Below are positions 58,108 to 64,000 of a stretch of 64,000 bases of DNA, piece after piece. The DNA lies in the NCBI GenBank assembly GCA_964591655.1, contig CAZQDS010000001.1, positions 7,232 through 71,231 of the forward strand. Direction: 5' to 3'. Under the pieces are notes generated by a model. That model made no database searches and was not told the DNA's origin. It saw only the letters and a program-made list of their open reading frames with translations. The position numbers and the translations under genes are program-made. Within the stretch, counting starts at the first letter, position 1. Each line of letters starts with the position of its first letter. The DNA is from an uncultured Methanosarcinales archaeon. Its GTDB lineage: Archaea; Nanobdellota; Nanobdellia; Woesearchaeales; UBA9642.

Positions 58108-58209
58108 TAGATATCTTTCTGTGTTTCTCAACATGTCAGAATTGTTCAATGCGTGTTTTAGTGGACAATTCTTGACAAATTATTTAAACCATTACAATTC
58201 TTTAGTAGT

Positions 58210-59163
58210 ATGCTTCAGAACATCCCTAAAGAAAAAATCCTTGAGATAGTGAAACAAGGCCCCACAATCCCGAGCAAGATAGTGAAGATTGTAGGTGGGG
58301 ACACGATGCTCATAGGGGCAATACTCTCAACTATGATAAGCACAGGAGAGGTTAAATATTCCACATTGAAAGTCGGCGGCTCTCCAGTCTATTATGTGCC
58401 TGAACAAGAGGCAAAGTTGGAAGAGTTCATACAATACCTCAATGACAAGGATCAGAAAGTCGCGAGGGCGTTGAAAGAGCAGAAAATTATGCTGGATTCG
58501 AGACAGGACTCGTTGACGAAATTCTCACTCAAGACAATTAAAGACTTTGCAAAGGCATTCGAAGTCAACAACAACGGGAAGAACGAATTATTCTATAGAT
58601 ATTTCCTTATTTCAAAGGAAGATGCTGAATCGCTTGCGAAAGAGATGTTGAAAGAGCACGCCATTATCAGAGAAGCAGAAAAAGAGGCAGCGGCAGAGAA
58701 AGAAGAGGTCGTGACAGCATCTGAAGCTGCCGAAGAGCCTGTGGAAGAACCTGTCAAAGCGACAAAACACCATAAACCAGAAGAGACTCACCATGAGAAA
58801 AAAATAGTGTCGCCGGATGAAGAAAAACATGAGAAAACAAAAGAGAAAACACGTGAGGAGAAGAAAGACTTCTTCGAAGCGATAAAAGAATATGTGCATA
58901 ATGCCGGCTTGGACATAATCAGCAAAGAAAAAATAAAAAAGACGGAATATTCGTTAGTCTTGAAGAATCATGACTCAAACGAGTACATATATTGCATCGC
59001 GAAGGACAAGAAAGCAATAAATGAAGGAGATCTGAGCACTGCTTTCGTCTTTTCTCATCAGAAGAAGATGCCATGCATATTCCTTATGACCGGTAAGCTC
59101 ACGAAAAAAGCGGAATCGATGTCACAGAAAGAGTTCAAGGACATGAAGATAGAACAGTTGTGA
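58210..59163 (+). CDS. Hypothetical protein: N-terminal winged helix, acidic/His linker, C-terminal alpha/beta domain
   Basis: KILEIVKQGPTIPSKI...GAILSTM..GEV...KVGGSPVYY is wHTH-like; the C-terminal domain loosely resembles an endonuclease-like fold. Confidence 0.55.
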   Translation: MLQNIPKEKILEIVKQGPTIPSKIVKIVGGDTMLIGAILSTMISTGEVKYSTLKVGGSPVYYVPEQEAKLEEFIQYLNDKDQKVARALKEQKIMLDSRQDSLTKFSLKTIKDFAKAFEVNNNGKNELFYRYFLISKEDAESLAKEMLKEHAIIREAEKEAAAEKEEVVTASEAAEEPVEEPVKATKHHKPEETHHEKKIVSPDEEKHEKTKEKTREEKKDFFEAIKEYVHNAGLDIISKEKIKKTEYSLVLKNHDSNEYIYCIAKDKKAINEGDLSTAFVFSHQKKMPCIFLMTGKLTKKAESMSQKEFKDMKIEQL

Positions 59164-59170
59164 TCATCAA

Positions 59171-60766
59171 TCACGCGCCATCTATACTTATCAATTCAGA
59201 TGATGCTTTTATCTCTTTCTTACAACGCTCTATTGTAGAATTCATGTACTTATACCATCTCTTTATGCCTAAAATCATGAGGCCTAAAGAGAGTGCATCC
59301 ATCACATAATTAGTTATCCCGTTTGTCTTTTTAGAATAATATTGCCCGACCAACCCTATTCCTATGCCTATTGTCTGTGTTGCCGACTCTATCTTGCCTA
59401 TATGAGAATCAAATATGTTCTCTATATCTGCTCCGCCAGATATGGTGGGATCCTTATTCAATTCATCCATCATGTAATTCAGTCTCAGAATGTTATTTAT
59501 CCTCTCGAAACCTACGGCATTCCATATTTTCAGGCCTTCCTCTCCGACATACCAAGAAAGGAGCAATTCTTTCGGGACTTGCAGGTTGCTCGATGCAAGA
59601 TATGCCAATGGATATTTCCCTAGGAATATGCCTGTATCGATAAGTATATTTTTTTCAAGATCTCGCTTTACATCGCTTATGGTCTCTAAGTACTCTTCTT
59701 TCGAAGGATCTTTTATGACTTTTCTTATCTTATCACATAGGTCTTTTCTCAGTTCAGGGATTGTCTTCCCGGCGAATCCCCAAGATATCTTTCCAATCGT
59801 CTTTTCTACATCGATGCCTGATTTTAGAAGTTTTTTTGTATCCAAAAAAATTATATACTGCTTTATAAGATCCCCTATCGCAGAATAATTTATCGGCTCT
59901 ATCTCTTTCACGGTATTCTTGAATTTCTCATCAGGTATCTTCCAAGAATCTATCTCCTCATTGAACTTGTTCTTGTCCTCTAATAACAGCTTTTCTAATT
60001 TCGATATCCTTACGGGCGCAGAGAACCTGTTCTGTGTCAATCCATATTGTGGAGCGACTTCTCTCGTCAATTCAAGAAGCCTTTCCCATGCGACCACATC
60101 TCTCCTTTCGACAATCTGGTTTATGGTGTTTCTAGGCGATTCCTGTAGCGAGGCATATCTCGCCTGTGGCAATCTAGAGGTGATTGTTGTGGCTTTTTTT
60201 GAGAATCCTTTCTCTGCATTTATCTCTATGAATGATGCCCCGCCGCCTGCAAGGATATACCATGCATCATCTTCAAAATTGTTTATTACCCTCGCAGCGG
60301 TTGTCGTATTAAGTATTGTCTCCGATAAGACATCCACTATCCTGAACTCGACTCTTGATTTAAGTTCAGGCATTATCTCGTAGAGTTTCTTTAACGGGAC
60401 AGATTTTGTCCCGTATATAATCCCCGATAGGAATGAATGGAATTCCGTCTCAGAATTTGTTTTTTGAGTATAGCTCAATAGCGGTTTCTCTCCATTTAGT
60501 GTTTTTTTCTTGAATCGGAATTCGTATTTGGAGTTCTCCGGGCATAAATAGGGTTCGCCCCTATCTGTGAGTGTTGCAACGACACCGTCATATATGGGCC
60601 TTCTTATCTTCAGGTCCAATTCTCTCGGAACATGATTCGACGTCAGTGTTATTATGTTGTCGTTCTTGTGCGGTCCGATATGTCCTATGGTGTAATCGCG
60701 TGCATTCAGGAATCTTGTTATTTCAGATATCACCATTTCATCTGTAGTTTTCTTATATTCTGACAT
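59171..60766 (-). CDS. Hypothetical protein with C-terminal hydrophobic hairpin
   Basis: 531-aa ORF; IGIGIGLVG and ALSLGLMILG segments near the C-terminus. Confidence 0.55.
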   Translation of the reverse strand: MSEYKKTTDEMVISEITRFLNARDYTIGHIGPHKNDNIITLTSNHVPRELDLKIRRPIYDGVVATLTDRGEPYLCPENSKYEFRFKKKTLNGEKPLLSYTQKTNSETEFHSFLSGIIYGTKSVPLKKLYEIMPELKSRVEFRIVDVLSETILNTTTAARVINNFEDDAWYILAGGGASFIEINAEKGFSKKATTITSRLPQARYASLQESPRNTINQIVERRDVVAWERLLELTREVAPQYGLTQNRFSAPVRISKLEKLLLEDKNKFNEEIDSWKIPDEKFKNTVKEIEPINYSAIGDLIKQYIIFLDTKKLLKSGIDVEKTIGKISWGFAGKTIPELRKDLCDKIRKVIKDPSKEEYLETISDVKRDLEKNILIDTGIFLGKYPLAYLASSNLQVPKELLLSWYVGEEGLKIWNAVGFERINNILRLNYMMDELNKDPTISGGADIENIFDSHIGKIESATQTIGIGIGLVGQYYSKKTNGITNYVMDALSLGLMILGIKRWYKYMNSTIERCKKEIKASSELISIDGA

Positions 60767-60896
60767 TCTGCCTGCCCGCGGGAGTAGTATCTGTAGTCAA
60801 CTCTTTTTTAATGTTTTTATTTTAGAATGGTGAAAAGCGTTTTTTCTTTTCAATCCACATAAGAAAATATATAAACACACTTCCTATTCAAAAGAC

Positions 60897-62006
60897 ATGG
60901 TTGACATGAATGTTTTCAACCCCTGGGAAGTCCGGGGCGACATAGATTATGCGAAATTAATGAATGATTTTGGCGTATCGGAATTAGATTCACTTCCAGA
61001 AATTTTCGATCATGATGTGCTCTTCAGAAGAAAAACGGTATTCGCGCACAGGGGATTCGGCCAGATAGTCAGCGCAATACAGAACAAGAAGCCGTTCGTC
61101 ATGATGACTGGATTGATGCCGACAGGGAAATTCCATATAGGCCATATGCTTGTCGCACAGCAGATGATATTCTACCAGAATCTCGGAGCAAAACTATATG
61201 TTGCTGTTGCAGATATAGAAACATACAATGCGCGTAACCAATCACTTGACGAATCAAGAAAGGTCGCTATTGAGCAATACATAAAGAATTATATCGCACT
61301 CGGGTTGAAGCCAGAGAATCTTGAGATATATTTCCAGAGCGACAGGAGCAAGCATCAAGAAAAAGCGAATGCATATTATCGGCTACAGAATGTTTTGGCG
61401 AGACACGCCACATTCAATGAATTCAGAGCAGTCTATGGGGAAATATCTCCTGGAAAGATGCTTTCAGCATTATTGCAGGCCGCTGACATGCTCCATCCAC
61501 AATTGAAAGAATTTGAAGGACCGATACCTGTTGTTGTTCCAGTAGGCATAGATCAGGATCCGCACATAAGGCTTGCGAGGGATGTCGCATCTAGATGCAA
61601 GGAATTCCAGTCCAAGGAATTATGCTCGACATATCACCTGTTCATGCCAGGACTTTCCGGAGGGAAGATGTCGAGCTCTGATCCGAATTCTTTCATCGCA
61701 TTGACAGACACTCCGAAAGAAGCAGAGAAGAAGATAAAGAAATATGCATTCTCCGGCGGGAAAGACACGGTCGAAGAGCACAGGAGACATGGCGGAAATC
61801 CTGATATCGATGTCTCATTCCTTTACTTGAAATACTTCTTCGAGCCAGATGACAAAAGACTTTCTGGAATCTATCAAGATTACAAATCAGGGAAGATTCT
61901 TTCAGGAGAATTGAAACAGATACTTATAGACAAGATGACGTATTTCTTAGAGCATCACCAGAAGGAATTGGAGAAGGCAGAAAGATATGTGGAGAGGTAT
62001 GTGTGA
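60897..62006 (+). CDS. trpS: Tryptophanyl-tRNA synthetase (archaeal type)
   Basis: TGLMPTGKFHIGH, QAADML, PVGIDQDPH, KMSSS, YAFSGG. Confidence 0.96.
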   Translation: MVDMNVFNPWEVRGDIDYAKLMNDFGVSELDSLPEIFDHDVLFRRKTVFAHRGFGQIVSAIQNKKPFVMMTGLMPTGKFHIGHMLVAQQMIFYQNLGAKLYVAVADIETYNARNQSLDESRKVAIEQYIKNYIALGLKPENLEIYFQSDRSKHQEKANAYYRLQNVLARHATFNEFRAVYGEISPGKMLSALLQAADMLHPQLKEFEGPIPVVVPVGIDQDPHIRLARDVASRCKEFQSKELCSTYHLFMPGLSGGKMSSSDPNSFIALTDTPKEAEKKIKKYAFSGGKDTVEEHRRHGGNPDIDVSFLYLKYFFEPDDKRLSGIYQDYKSGKILSGELKQILIDKMTYFLEHHQKELEKAERYVERYV

Positions 62007-62569
62007 TGTTCTCAGAAAGAATTGAGTTAGCTATAAATATTGTTGCTAAGGCACATGAAGGACAGTATAGGATATCAAAGCACAAGTGGCCGTATGCGGG
62101 CCACCCTTATAATGTCGCAATAATATTATATTCTCATGGCTTTTCTGAAGATGTCGTTATTGCAGGATTATTGCACGATATTGTTGAAGACACTGATTAC
62201 GATATAGAATTGATTGAAAAAGATTTTGGGGAAGAAGTGAGGGAAATAGTTGATGCTGTAACTCAAAAAAAGAAGATGCACTTCAAAGAAAGGAAACGAT
62301 ATCAATTAGATTATTTGAAGAATTCCTCCATAGATGTCAAGGCGGTGAAGGCAGCAGACAAATTGCATAATCTTTATTCTAAAGTCTTTGCCCTGAGAGA
62401 AAAAGATGATGCATTTATGGACATTCTCGATAGCACGGCAGAAGAATCTTTGGAAGGTTATAAAGAAGTATTGGATGTACTTAGGGACGGATGGAATCAT
62501 CCCATACTTGACGAATTAGAGAAATACATTAAAGAGTATGAGGCGCTTTTGAGGGAGCATGGGCACTAA
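62003..62569 (+). CDS. HD-domain small alarmone hydrolase (Mesh1/SpoT-HD-like)
   Basis: AHEGQYR..PY..HP, AGLLHDIVEDT, VKAADKLHNL. Confidence 0.85.
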   Translation: MMFSERIELAINIVAKAHEGQYRISKHKWPYAGHPYNVAIILYSHGFSEDVVIAGLLHDIVEDTDYDIELIEKDFGEEVREIVDAVTQKKKMHFKERKRYQLDYLKNSSIDVKAVKAADKLHNLYSKVFALREKDDAFMDILDSTAEESLEGYKEVLDVLRDGWNHPILDELEKYIKEYEALLREHGH

Positions 62570-63596
62570 AATAACCGAGTTGTTGGAGAGCAAGGAGCTG
62601 TCTATCGATGATCTGAAAGGGAAGACTATTGTTGTTGATGCTTTCAATCAATTGTACATGTTTCTTGCATCGATAAGACAACCTGACGGGACGCTTCTCA
62701 AGGACAGCCAAGGGAATGTGACGAGCCATCTCAATGGTCTATTCTATAGGTTCACTAAGTTGATGCAGCATGATATAAGGTTCATATTTGTATTTGATGG
62801 GAAACCACCAGAACTTAAGCTTAAAGAGCGTGCAAGACGTGCAGAGTTGAAGAATGAAGCAGAAAAGAAATATGAAGAAGCAAGAGAGAAGGAAGATCTG
62901 GAAGAGATGAAGAAGTATGCTGCACGGACGTCCAAATTGACCAAGGAAATGATTGCTGATGTGAAGGAATTGATTGATGCACTTGGGATGTGTATCGTGC
63001 AGGCACCATCAGAGGGGGAGGCACAGGCAGCATTGATTGTCAAAAACAAGCAAGCATACGCATCGCTCAGTCAAGATGCTGATTCATTGATATTTGGCTG
63101 TCCTTTGGTCGTAAAGAACCTTACATTGTCCGGAAGAAGAAAACGTGCAGGCAAACTTGATTATGACACTATAACGCCTGAACTGATAAATTTGCATGAT
63201 ACATTGAGAAGTCTTGATATAACGCTTGACCAATTGATCGTCATCGCAATGCTCACAGGAACAGATTACAATATCGGCGGGATAAAAGGCATAGGCCACA
63301 AGACTGCATTGAAATTAGTGAAGGAATACGGCCATAAAGAATCAGACTTCGACAGGCTGTTCAAAGAAAAAGGGTGGGATGAGCATTTCAGTTATTCTTG
63401 GAAAGACGTATTTGACATAATAAAGCACACTGAGACGACAGATGATTATCGCATAGTTTTCAAGGAAGTTGATGATGAAAAAGTCGTCGATATACTCTGC
63501 AAGAAACATGATTTCTCAGAAGAGCGAGTAAGGAAGCTCCTCGAGACGCTCCACACGAAGCCCAAATCACAGAAGGGATTAGGAGAATGGTTCTAG
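62559..63596 (+). CDS. fen: Flap endonuclease 1
   Basis: VDAFNQLY.FL.SIRQPDG, TSHL.G, FDGKPP, APSEGEAQAA, SQDAD, GTDYN.GGIKGIG, C-terminal PIP QKGLGEWF. Confidence 0.97.
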   Translation: MGTKITELLESKELSIDDLKGKTIVVDAFNQLYMFLASIRQPDGTLLKDSQGNVTSHLNGLFYRFTKLMQHDIRFIFVFDGKPPELKLKERARRAELKNEAEKKYEEAREKEDLEEMKKYAARTSKLTKEMIADVKELIDALGMCIVQAPSEGEAQAALIVKNKQAYASLSQDADSLIFGCPLVVKNLTLSGRRKRAGKLDYDTITPELINLHDTLRSLDITLDQLIVIAMLTGTDYNIGGIKGIGHKTALKLVKEYGHKESDFDRLFKEKGWDEHFSYSWKDVFDIIKHTETTDDYRIVFKEVDDEKVVDILCKKHDFSEERVRKLLETLHTKPKSQKGLGEWF

Positions 63597-63608
63597 GCCC
63601 ATTTCGGT

Positions 63609-64000
63609 TTATTTCTTTCTGGCGACATAAATTGTGAATATCGGGTTGTTCAAGAATTTTATGTATCCGTCAGGGGCATATTTTTTGAATTTTTTGGTCG
63701 GCTTGCAATGCGTCATATCTATCAATTCAAATCCTGCTTTTTGCAAGGCTTTTAATTGTTTTCTTAACGATAGATGTACTGTGATCATTTCCATCCCCGG
63801 AAGCATAGTCCATTCGGCTTTGCCATCTTTCCATGCATTACCGAAAGGTATTATCTTGTTTTTATCCTTTATATATCCTATCCCGAGTATTTTTGCTCCT
63901 TTAAACGTTATCTCTTCTCTTGCAGTTATGAATATGCTATCATATGAATAATGGAATGTTCCTCCTTTTTTAAGGACACGGCTTATCTCTTTGAAAGGGG
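63609..64000 (-). CDS. Class I SAM-dependent methyltransferase, C-terminal part (5'-truncated at window edge)
   Basis: The minus frame is open to the window end and reads PFKEISRVLKKGGTFHYS...ALQKAGFELI..P...NNPIF...ARKK. Confidence 0.7.
   Translation of the reverse strand, partial: PFKEISRVLKKGGTFHYSYDSIFITAREEITFKGAKILGIGYIKDKNKIIPFGNAWKDGKAEWTMLPGMEMITVHLSLRKQLKALQKAGFELIDMTHCKPTKKFKKYAPDGYIKFLNNPIFTIYVARKK

Noticed and set aside
443-63951. Numerous 60-250 aa antisense or alternate-frame ORFs in the ORF track (e.g. 12860..13399, 39844..40461, 40486..41244, 41467..41970, 43117..43650)
   Set aside because: They overlap well-supported genes on the opposite strand or frame and have the Ser/Phe/Ile-rich composition typical of shadow ORFs.

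Overview
Archaeal chromosomal window (AT-rich, TTTATA/TTTAAA promoters, GGAGG/GGTGA-type RBS). The fused PriS-PriL primase, PolD, TBP, aIF2-beta, pelota, EndA and the many Cys-rich secreted hypotheticals point to a DPANN archaeon, most likely Woesearchaeota-like (inference). The window holds the probable replication origin: ORB boxes plus an AT-rich unwinding element directly upstream of orc1/cdc6-DP1-DP2. It also holds much of the replisome (RFC small subunit, MCM, RPA2-like, primase, FEN1). Accessory content includes an Lrp-associated kinase/radical-SAM/methyltransferase/NMP-kinase/NUDIX cluster, an ArmA/Rmt-like 16S rRNA methyltransferase coupled to pelota, a five-gene surface-protein operon (one class-III-signal protein plus four paralogous Ig-like proteins) and two large Cys-rich adhesin-like genes. 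Non-coding signals of note are a second ORB cluster next to tbp-mcm, twin perfect palindromes upstream of a wHTH gene, and a switch-like structured RNA candidate with a cUUCGg loop. No tRNA, rRNA, CRISPR array, transposase, reverse transcriptase or intein was recognised. All family calls come from motif recognition by eye, not from database searches.
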